From assembly GCA_040285825.1 (NCBI GenBank), contig JAUPSS010000006.1:62001-126000 (forward strand): DNA of 64,000 bases. Direction: 5' to 3'. Shown piece after piece: positions 35,737-49,069 of the stretch. The position numbers and the translations under genes are program-made. How positions within the stretch are numbered: position 1 is the first letter of the stretch; the number at the start of each line of letters is the position of its first letter. This stretch comes from Eukaryota sp. TZLM1-RC (taxonomy: Eukaryota > Protista > Metamonada: BaSk clade). The notes under the pieces were generated by a model, which worked only from the letters and a program-made list of their open reading frames with translations, was not told where the DNA came from and did no database searches.

Positions 35737-38392
35737 TTTTGAGAGACTTTTTATTTATTTAAACAAAAATGTTAAAAACTAAAAATCTATTTCCTCAAAC
35801 TCCACATCTACCATGGAAAATTTACCTAACCTAAAAAAATTCACAACCTTTTCTTCATAATATCTTCCTAGTGATAACAACGAGCTAGAAACAAGGCTAT
35901 GCATCCCCTTAAAAATGGAAAATACAATTCTTTTTTGCCTAAAGGTACGGTCAAATATTCTTCCAGTTCTATTTTTGACAATAGTAAAGAAATCATCTAG
36001 AAATGATAAAGCGGTTTTACCTAAGGTTCCAAATAAAGAAAAAGCAAAAGGACAACGAAGGTATTGAGTATGTGAGTTGGAATTCAGATTATTGATTTTT
36101 TCTGTGTACTTGATAATTTTTGCTTCTTCAGCTCTTCGTAAAGGTGAATTATAAGATTGTGCCAGTTTTTCATTTGAGCTGTTTGATACATCAGTAGATC
36201 TGACATCAATAATAATCATTGATCCATTGACGGTAACTAGCACATCACCACGGCTGTCACCAAAAGAATTTTTGTCAGATTCATCAGCCAGATTTGAAAG
36301 CAAAGGTTCTAAAAAAGATTCAAGCCGGTAGGACTTAAACATACAATAGAGCTGATCACGAACTGCATCATGCACTGTTGATCTAAAAGTAATAAATCGA
36401 TTACAATTAAATAAATGGGTTGGAGTGACAGTCTTTCCACATTTACAAATAACTCCATGAGGAAGATTATCATGCCAAATAAAAGATCGAAGACGCATAG
36501 ATAACAAAAAGCAAGGGTCATTGAGAAACAAACCATAAACTCTTGGAACTTGATTAATCAAACAAGAGGCAGAACTATCACAAACATCCAGTAAAAAATT
36601 TGCAAAAGCGGGATATTTTTGCTTGACCATGCCAAGACGTCCTTCATAATCCAAGCCTTCAAATATTACTGTCAGTTTTTGTTGAAGTTTCTTCACACAA
36701 TACCTTAAATTAACTAAATTTCGTGGAGGAGTATCTTGAACTGAGTCGGGAAAGCATTGACACCAAATTTCTGGTGCAATTTTATTAATAGCAACATCAA
36801 GGTCATACAAATATTTTGAAAATGATGGATTAAGCAAATGAATATCTTCAGGGAAACGATTAAGAAATTCAAAAATAAAATTTTTACCACCACCAACAAA
36901 AGCTGCTTGACAAAGAATCGAGGATTTGGTAAAGCCAACACCACCAAATTGTGAAGAAGAGAACAAGTGAGCTCGAATAAGCTCAGGATTCACTTCTAAT
37001 AAGGAAGCAAAGAAAGTTGCACGGAGTTGATTAAATGATCGGCAGAAATCAATAGACAATGAAGGTGCTGTCGACCTCAATAAATAATTTAAATATATTT
37101 AATTTAAATAAGTAATTTTTCCGGAGGAACAAATTTTTAAAATAAAAAACATGATATGTTTTTCTATTTCTAATTCCGAAATTAATTGAAGTTCAGTGCC
37201 AAGTTTAGCACCAATTTCGTTAACATTTCTAGTTATTTCATCAACATTTCCTAACCAACATCCTAGAAAACGAAAAGCTTCTTGTGAATAATTTGTAAAA
37301 GGAATTTTACAATTATTAATTTTGAACTCTTTGAATTTATTACCAATTAATAAACATTTTTTGGGATTCAAGTGAAGGCCAATAATTTCATATTGTTCAG
37401 CAAATTCATTTGAAGCTTTTTGAACAACATCAAATGCACCGATAAGGGAGATGTCTTCCATATAACCCACAAATTTGAGAGAAGGGTATTTTTCATTAAT
37501 AGCAATCAAAGATTCTTGTATTGCTAAGCAAAATAATAATGGGCCCAAAGGATCTCCTTGTTTTACACCTGATGAAGACTTGAGAGAAAAAACATCATAA
37601 ACTAATTCACTTGGTTTACCATAAAACAAATAGAAATAGCTTGATAGTTCAGGAAAATGTTTTTGAATTACTTCGTAGATTGCTTTTCTTTTTACACTAT
37701 TAAAAGCATTGCTAAAATCTAAATTGAAAATAAAATTGTTTCCTTTGGAGTTAAAGAACAAATCAGATGTAAGAGCAGCAACCGAAGCTCCATCAATCGT
37801 TTGAATACCAAATTGCAAAGGTGACAAAAATTTTCCAGCTTTTTTCACAATTCTGTTGAAAATAATTGAGGCAAACAAACGAGAGAGAGAGAGATTCACC
37901 AACAGCAATGGGACGAATTCCAGAGGGTTTAGATTCATTTCCAGGTTTAACTAAAGCAATAAGACGTGCAGCAGTAAGCTCATGTGAAGGCACGACTTTT
38001 AAAAAGACCAATTGTTGGAAATAGAATGCTAAATCATCTGCAATTTCGGGTGTTTTATTACAAGTGGTTTTTAAAATATCAAACGAAATTCCCGATGGTC
38101 CAGCAGCTTTACCTTTTGGTAATTTTTTAATTGCAGCAAGAACTTCTGAGGCATTTATTGGATTAGTAGACCAAAATTGACAAATATTGGGTTTTGGACA
38201 AATGAAATTTTCCTCAGGATGGAGCTTTTTCAATTTTTCAACTGTCTCAAGGGTTGGTTTAGCAATATCAGAGGAAAACAACGACTGCACTCCAGCACCA
38301 TATCTACCTCGAAGACAATTGTTTAACTTTTGGTATTGGATTTTGTTTATAAACAGCATTTTTGTTCACAAACGATTTCTTTTTTGCAAAAA
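35737..38392 (-). mobile_element. CRE-like non-LTR retrotransposon, most complete copy (RT + Zn knuckle + RLE), frameshifted and 5'-truncated
   Basis: KAAGPSG, IRPIAVGE, LDFSNAFN, QGDPLGP, YMED, FRFLG, CKC..H..C and RGD..D. 16-bp TSD AAATCATGAGGTCTTT at 35721-35736 and 38393-38408. Confidence 0.9.
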
Positions 38393-39099
38393 AAATCATG
38401 AGGTCTTTCGTTTCCATTGAGATACTGATCCACAACATGAATCATATTAAGAACAGCATTGTCATTACGATTCCATAGACATCCACACTTCTTGTTTATT
38501 CAAACGAGCGATCAATTTTCAGTTATTTTGAACATCTTTTGACAATTTCAAATTGTAGTAGTTTGCTAAACTTAAACTTCATTTGCAAATTGTGACATAA
38601 TCAAGATTGGCTCAATTGTTAATATAACAATTCACATTTGATCACATCTGTTGGAACAGAGACAAAATATAACATTTTGAATAAAAAACTATATTGTGTT
38701 ATTCCGCTTAAAAAATATCATGTTCCTTGAAAAAGTAAAGATACCCAAAGTCCCAAAAAAACGTTCATATAAGGTATAGACGTTTAAAGATATTTATTGC
38801 TATTTATTGCTATATATAAAAACTGTTTTTAATAAATTGTTACAATTTAATTGAAAATAGCAACCAATCTAGACTTTGGACTAGTGTAATGCGTGTACCA
38901 AAAATATTGTATTGTCCATTTCTTCATTAATATTTGTGTCTAAGTTTCGACAAATCATGGTTTTATTCGGGAGGGATTATCTACAACAATTGACGATTAA
39001 ATTGTAAAAAAATAATGAAATTGAAAAAAACACTTTATTAATTGAATAAAACAATATTAAAAAAGCCGAAATAATTCAAATTAAACCTCAAAAAGTTTA

Positions 39100-40824
39100 T
39101 TAGTCATCCCTTCCAGAAACCCAAACTATTGAATTTGCTAGCAATAAATGACCATCTGTGGAGCTTTTCCATCCACTACTATCACCATCAGTACTATAAC
39201 CATCTGAAGCAAAATCCACCACTCTACTTTTGTTATATTCACACTTCAACACCAAAGGATCTCCATTTTCCAAGGTAGCAACTGTTTGAAATTCAGGGTT
39301 GGTGGAAGTGTATTCTGCAACAAACTTACAAGAAAAAGAGTTTACTGATTTCATAATTAAATCATTCTGGTTAGAGTTACCAAGTTCAATGATAGAGACA
39401 AATGGTTTACAATCACTCAAACCCTTGAATGCTCCATATTTAAAGTCACCCTCGATGTTACCTCCACTACTACAACTAAACAACACCAAACCCTTGCCAG
39501 CTTCTACTATTTGTTCTAGTAGTGTGGCTTGAATGGTTGAACCAAAAGTATTGAACAAAACAACATCAAAATTATCAATATTGTTTAAATTTGGTCGATT
39601 AGTAGAAGTAATTTGTACCTCAAGGTTAGGCCAATTTTGCCTAAATCCTTTTTTAATTTTTTGGGTAATGTCATTATGAAGTCTTGAATCAGCCCACAAA
39701 CAAACCCTAATTAATGGTGAATTTGGTTGAATTATTTGGTTTTTAAATTGCAATTCACTTTTTAATTCTTGAATTTGAATGGTTAATTGGCGAATTAATT
39801 CATTTTGTTGACCCAATTGTTGATTTAAATTGGAATTATTTCTGGTTAATTCTTCAATTGTAGCATTTAATTGCCTATTTTCAGCAGAAAGTTCTTGAAT
39901 TTCTTCACCTTTTTCACGGTTTAATCCAGTTAATTGTTGAATTTCATGTCTTAAATTGAGATTAACTCGACGCAATTCTTGAATAAATTCATCATTATTA
40001 TTTTCAATTACCAAATTTTCATCAACTCCAACTTCACTTGTCAAATCATTCAACACCTCCAAAATTTGGTTAATGCTAGGCCTTTTTGATTGATCATTAT
40101 CCAAGCATTTATTAATAATTTCTTGTAATAAAACAGGAGTTGTTTCATCAAATGGTAACTTAGTACCATTATATTTGGCTCCTAATAAAGCTATTTGAGA
40201 ATTAATTCCCTCAAAAGCGACTTTATTTGTAAGCAATTCATATAGAATTACCCCTAGGGAATAGACATCACTTTCCTGGCTTGAATTATTATCAAAAGCT
40301 TCCAATGCAGCATACTTAGGGGTCATGGCATTGATAGTGTTGAGGGTGGCGGTATCAGCAATAATTTTGGAAGTTCCAAAGTCAGAAATTCTAGGACGAC
40401 CATCAACCATTAGAATGTTCTGGGGCTTTAAATCTCTATGGATAAAGTTATTAGAGTGAAGGAAGTGAATGGCAGAGGTTATAGAGATCGCGTGCGAGAG
40501 GGATGTGCGAGACAGAGGGGAGGGTGTGTGGAGGGAAGAAGAGGCTCGATCCATAACAATACCCATCTTGCCGTCTATGTATGTAACTCCATAAACGCGG
40601 ATAATGCCAGGATGATTGAGGAGGGAGAGGAGGCCGATCTCCTTCTTGAGCTTGGTCTCCCCTTCGTCTGTGAGAGCAATGAGTTTGACGGCGATGTCGT
40701 GGGAGAACCATTGAGCGGCGTAGACGGTAGCGAAACCACCTCGACCGATTTTTCCGTTTTCGAGGTCAATGGTGAGTTCAGAGGGGGAGATTTCACGGCA
40801 AGGAGGGACTGGGAGAGACGACAT
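39100..40824 (-). CDS. TKL kinase - coiled coil - hypervariable ThuA/GATase1-like domain (copy E)
   Basis: Paralog of copies C and D. Intact ORF, ATG at 40824. Confidence 0.9.
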   Translation of the reverse strand: MSSLPVPPCREISPSELTIDLENGKIGRGGFATVYAAQWFSHDIAVKLIALTDEGETKLKKEIGLLSLLNHPGIIRVYGVTYIDGKMGIVMDRASSSLHTPSPLSRTSLSHAISITSAIHFLHSNNFIHRDLKPQNILMVDGRPRISDFGTSKIIADTATLNTINAMTPKYAALEAFDNNSSQESDVYSLGVILYELLTNKVAFEGINSQIALLGAKYNGTKLPFDETTPVLLQEIINKCLDNDQSKRPSINQILEVLNDLTSEVGVDENLVIENNNDEFIQELRRVNLNLRHEIQQLTGLNREKGEEIQELSAENRQLNATIEELTRNNSNLNQQLGQQNELIRQLTIQIQELKSELQFKNQIIQPNSPLIRVCLWADSRLHNDITQKIKKGFRQNWPNLEVQITSTNRPNLNNIDNFDVVLFNTFGSTIQATLLEQIVEAGKGLVLFSCSSGGNIEGDFKYGAFKGLSDCKPFVSIIELGNSNQNDLIMKSVNSFSCKFVAEYTSTNPEFQTVATLENGDPLVLKCEYNKSRVVDFASDGYSTDGDSSGWKSSTDGHLLLANSIVWVSGRDD

Positions 40825-40874
40825 GAGGTAGAAGAGTGGAGAGGAAGTGTTGAGTTTAATTTGCAAAAATAGTT

Positions 40875-41990
40875 AAAAAGATTTGATACATATGGATATA
40901 CGAAGAAACAAAACAAGACAAACTAAAACACATCAGAAACAAAATTCTCCACAACAACTCTTGATGAATGCTTATACAGCTTGGACATCATTAAATTTAA
41001 GTACTTGGGAACACTTCTGTACAAAGCAAAAATGATACGATTCTTCCATAAATTCATTGAAAAATTCTTACCACTTGAACGACATAAATTATCAAAATCA
41101 TTGATAAAATTCAAGGCGGATTGTCCAATGTTCCCAAAAATCGAAAAGGCCAAAGGAACAAACGAAAACGTCGAATAAAGATTCTTATTTAAATCATTTA
41201 ATATCTCAGTATATTTGTCTCGTTTACGAACCTCAGCCTTGTTTAAATGACCATTAGAACTAAATAAAACATCATCACGATAAATAAAAGCAAAGGGATC
41301 AACTGTAGTAAAATCAACAACAACTTGAGAGGAATCCACAAAAGGAGCAATTAAATCACCTCGACGTGAATTAAACAGATTATCATCACTATAATGCTTC
41401 AACAAAGGTTCTACTTTGCAACTAAAATTGTAACACTTGAACATCTCATATGTCACATCACGAACGGCATTATGAAGAACTGACCGATATTGAAGAAATT
41501 TCTTACAACTTACAATATGACGGAAATTGACAGTCGGTTTTTCTTTACAAATACAAACAGAATTATCCAAAAGACCACTTGGATACATCCCTAATCTCAA
41601 CCGCATGTTTTGTTTCCAAGCTTCATTTGTTAAGTGAAGACCAAATGGCCTTGGTTGCTGAGATATTAAACTAGTGCAATTTTGGTTGTCTGATAAAAAG
41701 GCAGCAAAGAAGGGATTATTAATCTTAGTCACACTAAGTTGTTTAGAAAAATACAGGTCTTCAAAACCAATACAAACAGCCTTCTGTAATTTCACAACAG
41801 CAAGATGAAGATTAGTCAAAAATCTCGAAGGTACAGAAGGCAAACTTGAAGGAAAACACCGATTCCACACATCAATAGGTAGTTCTTGCACCATGTGTTC
41901 GAGCGAAATTAATAAAGGATGTGATGCATTCAAAGGAATTTGATCAAACCGGAGTTTCCACTCAAAAAGAAAATTTTTCATACCACCAAT
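40875..41990 (-). mobile_element. CRE-like retrotransposon 3' part (divergent subfamily)
   Basis: MRLRLG, CIC..H..C, HNAVRD, RRGDL..DFT and LWKNRIIFALY. Confidence 0.85.
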
Positions 41991-42545
41991 GATTTTTATA
42001 TATATTATATCTTTATTATTTATTCTTTATTTGTAATTGTTAAGAAAATTATTTTGATATAGGAAAAAACTTTCAATAATCTACAACAACACCATCATAA
42101 TAATAAAGTTCTTTTTTGGTACTGGATATAGGTCGCAAACCTCAAAAGCTGGTTCGGTTGATTTATGAAAACATATTCGTAAAGAATTGAATAATTGGAT
42201 TCAGGGATGGATTACAACTCCTGGAATTGGTCAATGCAGGTAGTAAACCCTAAAAAATCACACAAAGTAACATTCAACTTTAACAAAATATATGTTTGGA
42301 ATGACACGCTTTAATAATAAACAACAATAGACAAAAAAGAAAAGGAGATAGGGTAGATGTAAAGTTTGTTGATGGAAATACACAGACTGTCTATTATTCT
42401 TTTATTTTTTCCTATTCAACAAAAGGTTAACTACACAAATGAGGTCAGGATTACCACCTTTTTTAAATATCATGTCAAATTAAAATTTTTACCATTTTCC
42501 ATTTAGTTGTTTAGTTATTTTGAATTATAATTATTTATCATAAAA

Positions 42546-43295
42546 CTTATAAATCAACATTTAAATAATCCATCTCTCCCAACGAAACAACAAGATGCAG
42601 CTCTCTCGTAGTGAGGTCCAAGAGAAAACAGCGCATCAGAAACCATCTTCAACATCCCCTTAACAATAGAAAACACAATTCTATTTTGCCACAACAACCT
42701 GTTTAAACTTCTGTTAGTTCATCTCTATACAACTATTTCAAAATCTGTCAAAAACCGAGTAGCCGTAGGAGCAAGTGAACCAAAAAGAGAAAATACAAAT
42801 GGATACAAATTGCATTTTGCATGTTGTTGACTGGACAATTTGGACAACGGTTCATTGTATTTTTTTGATTTTGAAATTTGCAGCATTTAAAAGCGGACTA
42901 TGAATTTCAGAATTAGCAAGCCTCTCATTTGAGGCATTACACCCACTGAAATGAAGGTTCCATCTAATCCATGTAATATGACATCAACTCTATTATTCTT
43001 ATGAAAATCATTTTCAGTATCAAACAGATTTGACAACAGAAGTTCCAAAAAGGGATCCAATTCTATAAGACTGACACATACAATATAACTGGTCTCTTAC
43101 AGCATCATGAACCTTGCTTCTCAAAGTAATAAAATGTTTACAATTTAATAATTCAGTAATTGTTATTTTTCGAGAACATTTACAAATTAAATTATGAAGA
43201 AAATTATCAGGCCAGATAAAGGAACGAAATCTCATATTCAAAGTCCAAGCAGAATCAGTTAAGAGAGTGCCATAAACTTGAGAAATTGTTGTTAG
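42546..43295 (-). mobile_element. Decayed CRE-like 3' fragment (same subfamily as 26718)
   Basis: Colinear nucleotide similarity to 26750-27515. Confidence 0.8.
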
Positions 43296-43882
43296 GTTGC
43301 AAAGTTGTTTAGTTGTTTGCTGATATTGAACCTTCCAATTTATATTTTTTTCTATTTGTCAACAATTTCAGCAAAGCAAATCTTGTAAAAGATAAATCTT
43401 TTTCCTGGTTAAATGGAATTGTTTATGATGTTTTCAAGTCTACTGCAAAAATGATCACTAAATCTCTTTTGCCTATTGGTTTTTGACATAAGCGAAACGT
43501 TGGCCGTAGGCTTAGTACTTGCGATGCATCCAAGAAGATCATTGAAAACTTTTCTCGTTTTGTTAATCAATCAATGAATTTCAGTCGCACCCTACTTAAA
43601 TCGCACCCTTTATCACTTGCTTAAATGCATCAGTGAACCACTGCCCTACTTTCCCAATGCTTACACGTCTAGCAAAGTTGGATCAACTTTCTACATCATT
43701 GGTTTAATAAATTGTTTACATCCTTTGACTTACAATGAAAAGAACTGCAAACTAGACTTGAATGAGACTAACCAATAACAGAAGTGTATTGAGAAACACC
43801 TCGTTGAGTCTCACTAATGTAAGAAATTAGTAGATATCCTATACCATTTAGATTGTATCAGTTTCATTGATCTACTATAGTT

Positions 43883-45391
43883 ATGTCTCTTCAAGGAGAA
43901 ATCGAGCCATCTGGTGAGGCAGGAGCAGATGTATCTCGTCAGTATCTAGAACGTAAATATGACAACGTCTATGAACGAATCGATGACTTGATAGCTCGTT
44001 ATGGAACCACAGAACAATCTCCAATCCCTGAATCATTGACCTATGAAGTTGATCTACTATTAAGACTATTATTTATCCTTTGTAGAGTGGGGTTTCCTTT
44101 CTATTCTACCGAGGTTCTCCTTTCACGTTTAGCCAAGCATCTTGATCTTGAACTCTATTTATCAGCTGCTCCTCGTTTGATTGTATGTTGGTAGCCGAAA
44201 ATCTCATCTCTAAGAACATTACTGTTTTGGGCGAAAAACCTAGAAAATCCGTCGCTACTTACTATGTATGGTTTTTAAATAAGCATTTACTCACCACAGG
44301 CACTACCACTACCAAGGAATCTTCCTGGACCCTTTCATCTTGACCAGATTGAAGATTATGGTAAATTAACAATGGATGCTTCTGAAGGTCGACTAAGTCC
44401 TGAGGAGACGTATAATGAGCTTTATAGGCTATTAAGCATGCGACGATATCGTCCCGAATGGGTATACATCTTGTTTGGTGGTATATCTGGCTTATCTTTG
44501 GCTGGGTTGTTCCCCGATGCAAGATGGTTAGACTTGGGTTTTGCATTCATTTTTGGTGCAGTAACACAGATTTTATTAGTATTGGGGCTATTTGACCAGC
44601 TTTGGACAAGGCCTTTAAGGTTGTATGAGTTTACAATTCCTTTCATTGTGTCGTTTCTGGTAGGGATTTTCTCCATAATTGTACCAATAACTGTGGAAAA
44701 TGTGATAATTGTATGCTATCTAAATGCTCTCATCAAAGGCTAGCATTGCTTGGATTCTTCCTGGTATAAGTCTGACATTGGCAGCCATTGAAGTTTCCAC
44801 TCTCCATACCGTATGTTTTTCCTTTTCTTTGTTTCATTATAGGTTCTAGGTGCTGCTCGCTTTGTCTTTTCCATCCTAGTTGTGCTTTTACTGGCATTTG
44901 GATTGACTGCAGGGCTGCTGTTGGTCCAGTTACCAGCTGCTCGAAGACCAGATTACGGTATGGGTCCTGGAATTCCCGTTTTGTTTGCCTTCATTTTCGT
45001 TCCTTTAACATCTTTAAGTTTTGCCATTCTACTGAATGCTCGATATATTCACTGGCCTGCTTTTGTTGTGACGTCAGCAGCTGCTTTCACAACAGAGATT
45101 TTGTTTAGGCGATGGGCTGAAGAGTTTTCTGTGGCTTTGGCTGCTTTTATTGTTGGTTCTCTTGGTATTTTGTATAGTTATTATGTCCGAGTGCCTTCAA
45201 TTTTGTTAATTACTGCCGGAATTCTAATGCTGGTTCCTGGTTCGTTAGCTGTATTGGGATTTGTACAGACATTGGAAGGTGATATTACTGACGGTATTGA
45301 AATTGGTTTGCAGGTGTTGATTATTGCCGTCCAAATAGCAGTTGCAATTCTTGCGTCTAATATTATATTCAGAAACTCAAAATCTATTTGA
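43883..45391 (+). CDS. ThrE/Prm10-family threonine/serine exporter-like membrane protein; 5 exons
   Basis: Introns 44183-44214, 44266-44299, 44711-44738 and 44811-44842 (all GTATG..AG, phase 0) give one continuous frame. WILPGISLTLAAIE..GAAR and ILMLVPGS motifs. Confidence 0.85.
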
Positions 45392-45719
45392 GTTTTGTTT
45401 TACCGATTTTAGATCATATTTCTTCCTCGTAAGATAACCAAAAAGTAGAAAAATACATTGCAAAGAATTGGTTTTGCAAATGTAAACATTGTTAACCAAG
45501 GAAGAACAATCGTTGATTCTTGGTGATGTTTTAAATAAACAAGTTGATAATTGGACAACAACACGTCATGTTTATGAAAAACTACCCCATTCTGCTTATG
45601 AATCTCGCAAATATCTTATACCTGAGTAAATAGGTATTTGTTGCAAGAAGCCAAATAGAAAAAGGCAACAGGACAACGGCATAATGAGCATGGGTTTCAG
45701 CATTACGTCGGGATTATAT

Positions 45720-46108
45720 CGGCTTGGACAATTTATTATCCTATATCGTGTTTGTAAAGCGTGATTGTAAACAAAACTTCGACTCCAAACAGTTTGAACT
45801 TTTGGAACTTTTGTAATATTGTTCCAAAATTATTCTGTCCAACATTATCCAGTTCGAACATTTTTGAAAGATAAAATATTTAATCGATTTTTAAGCATTG
45901 ATGCATGCATTCAAACCCCTGATTAGTTGTTTTATAGTTAATTGTAAATAGTGTTGTTTAGATAATTTTCAAGTGGTTGTTTTTTCTGAAAAATGTTCGA
46001 ACTTTTATCACTTTCTTCAAACGTTTTCTGTTTGAACATTTTTGGGTCGAAGTTCTTGACAAACACGGTGGTCTATTGTACTATTATGCATTTGTACCCA
46101 AGCCGAAG
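45720..46108. mobile_element. MITE/foldback-like element with long imperfect inverted repeats
   Basis: TCGGCTTGGACAA..GTGTTTGT..AACTTCGAC on the left mirrors GTCGAAGTT..ACAAACAC..TTGTACCCAAGCCGA on the right. Non-coding. Confidence 0.5.
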
Positions 46109-47794
46109 GAAATGAATTTACTTGTGTGATACATCTAATACACTCCTTTGATATATGTCATTTGGCCCACACAGATTATCAACTTGTATTGGATCCATGT
46201 CGTTGTGTTTCGAAAACTCTTTTGAGTCTAACAGCACTGATCCTTCTCCAGCCCCTAATTCGAGTTCTTCCTCTCGTACTCCCTCATTGTGAACAAAACA
46301 GAAGCAACAGAGCAACGAAACAAAGCTTACGATCTTCTACTGATGTGATAACTCTTTTTCCAGAAAACCCAGTTTGACACATTAGTCCTCTGAGTACTTC
46401 CTCTCGAACTTTTGTGTCAAAAAACAGCACATCATTTTTCTGGCGACAAAAGTTTAAGTATTTAGCCCACTGCATTAACTCCTTATTTGGAAGTCACTGT
46501 CTTGTGGGTAAGTTTTCTGATTTTTCAATGATCGACAAATCACTGTTTTCCCAAACTATTGTTTAAAAAAAACCAGGAACGGCAATTATGTCGGCAGTTA
46601 TGTCGGGGTGCTGAACTTTTCAATACCATGGATGAATAGCCTTCACCAGTCAAAGAACAAGTCAACTGTTGAAAATCAACTTCGAGGCATTTCCTGCTCT
46701 TGTTATTTCTAGTTTTTTTTTCAAAAATCTCTGCCATAAAACACAAGTAGCTCCTTCTTGATCAAAATCCAAAACAGCTGCACTTTCTGTGGAAGCCCCT
46801 GCTAGAACTGAATGCTGTTGAGTGCACGTTCATGATGACGTCATCATCGGTATTTGTCCTGAAACCCAACAAGACTACAAATCATACATGTAGATTGCAA
46901 TTTCAAAGAACCATTTCTAGTAACGATGATCCCTCAGCTTCTGCAGTCAACATTAACTTTTTTTTAACTATCGGTTTATAGTCACTATCTGTATTGTATA
47001 TAAGTATATAAGTAATGATATATAAGTATTGTATCAAGTCCTTCTGCAGTTGCTAAATTTGATTCTTGCTGTTGAACTAATGAAGTGTATTCAAAAACAC
47101 AGCAGGGTAAAACCGTCTCTCCAAAATCCTTGGCTAATACTGGCTCTGCACTTTCTGGTCATAAATTTCATGTCAATGTCTTGCCCGTTGCTCCTTATTT
47201 TTTCAAGGACTCAACGCTCGAACAGCGAAGTTGAAAATTCAAATTTTACTAGCTGAATTCTGTGTGACTCCGATGGTTTTACAAATAAACTTTCCATTTT
47301 CTTCATCATTAAATGTAGAATCATGTTTACTGCCATATATAACAAAAAATTGAAAGAATTTAATAAACCTACGTAAATAAAAAATTAAATCTAAACAATG
47401 AAAAATTCGATGAACAAACTCTTCTTCTTCAGGTTCATATTCTACCTGCTTTCTAGCTATAAATTTGTGAATTACTTGAAGATCTGTACTGATCAGATGG
47501 TGTTTTCATGTTTTTAAATCACAATAATCATTAAGCTGAACACATGGATGGAGATACATAAAACAATATTGATTAAATTCAATAAATTTGATATCATTAT
47601 TTGATATTTCATTTATTTTAAAACTTAAACGATGAGAAATCAATATTATTGAGAACTTGAATCACCGACCTAAACTAGATCGGAGATCGCTCAGCTGAAT
47701 ATTGGGAGGTGGATAATTAGATCACACTTTTTCTGCTGGTTGAGTGTCTTCCTGTGCTATCGGTGAGCGGTGCTTCCAAGTATTGACAATAGTT

Positions 47795-48472
47795 ATGCGT
47801 GCTGCCTGTCTCCAGTGGTTGTCCAGAGTAGTAAACAAATGTCTCTTGTCGCCCAGTGTCTTTCTAGATGCTGTCTACTTTACAGACCACATGATTAGCT
47901 CCGGATCTGATTACACAGATCAAGAAGTGGTTTGCTCTGCGTTGGCCTACTCTCTCCTTCACAACAATTACAATCATGACTCCGTCTCCGATCTGTTGTT
48001 ACGTAGCAGTCTGACTTCTCTCGGTGAAAAGAAGTTCCATCCGGAAGATTTTATCAACCATGCAACTACTTTTGCTCTCTTTTTTGGAATAGACCACACT
48101 GTCACTGAACAAATCATCAAGATCTCCGACCATTGCTGCTCCACGGGTCTGCTGACCGATGCTCAAGGAATTACACTCATCACCACATCCATAAATCTCG
48201 CCTGCCATTTTGCATTCATTGACTCGCTACCCCAGGATTGTTTTGGTTTTGCACTGGCCATCTCATTCGTTGTAGCTGAACGTTTCAACATCAATACGGA
48301 TATTATGCTTTCATCATTCCATGATCAGATTGACCTTGTCAATTTCATCAATCTTTTCCATCACGTGGCTGATTGTTCTGTTTTGTTTGAGGAACCAGTT
48401 GTTGTTGATGTAGAGAAGGGAAAATCAAACAGTCCGGTATCACTGCATAAGTATCTTTGTAAAGTAGAATAA
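47795..48472 (+). CDS. Divergent cyclin-box protein
   Basis: MRAACLQWLSRV...VFLDAVYFTDH resembles cyclin box MRAILVDWL..TLFLAVNYIDR. Start uncertain. Confidence 0.55.
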   Translation: MRAACLQWLSRVVNKCLLSPSVFLDAVYFTDHMISSGSDYTDQEVVCSALAYSLLHNNYNHDSVSDLLLRSSLTSLGEKKFHPEDFINHATTFALFFGIDHTVTEQIIKISDHCCSTGLLTDAQGITLITTSINLACHFAFIDSLPQDCFGFALAISFVVAERFNINTDIMLSSFHDQIDLVNFINLFHHVADCSVLFEEPVVVDVEKGKSNSPVSLHKYLCKVE

Positions 48473-49069
48473 TTTCATGTTTATCAACATGTTTTGCTTA
48501 ATTTATTTAATTTAAGTTTGTAATAAAATTGTAATAAAATTGTTTTGAAATAATGGTTGTGTACGCCATTAATTACTCCTTTTATCAATGTGTTAGAATG
48601 ACTAGAGTTGATTGGACTTCTCATGCATCAATCAAAAGGTGTCATGTCAACGCTCATTAAAAGCTCCAAAAAACAACTTCTGTTGAACACAACTGATCTT
48701 GTATTCTCGTAGAAATGGATTTAATTCCTGCTTTTGTGCTGGTTTAACATTAGTTTAGTAATAGACAGACCGCTTTTGTACATAGACCATTTCTTCATCA
48801 TTAATACAAGTGTGACTGACAAATTTATGTATATATCCATTGGGAAAAATATTTGTGGATATTTTTCTGTCTCTGAGCCTGAATGAATAACGATCAAACA
48901 AGCTGACTTTAGACCATTCCCTTAATCAGGAGTTTGCTCTTTATAGGTTAGGAGATATACGTGTTGAATGAAGAAATTTGTGTGCATTTGTCTTTTCTCA
49001 GTTTGTAGCTTTACTCTCCAACGGCAGAAATTTTTCCACATTGATATTTCTTTTTTTGGAACAATTTGA

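Noticed and set aside
35737-38392. RT next to hypervariable genes as the RT of a diversity-generating retroelement
   Set aside because: It carries an RLE endonuclease, TSD and CRE-like motifs, so it is a non-LTR retrotransposon. No template repeat or accessory gene is seen.
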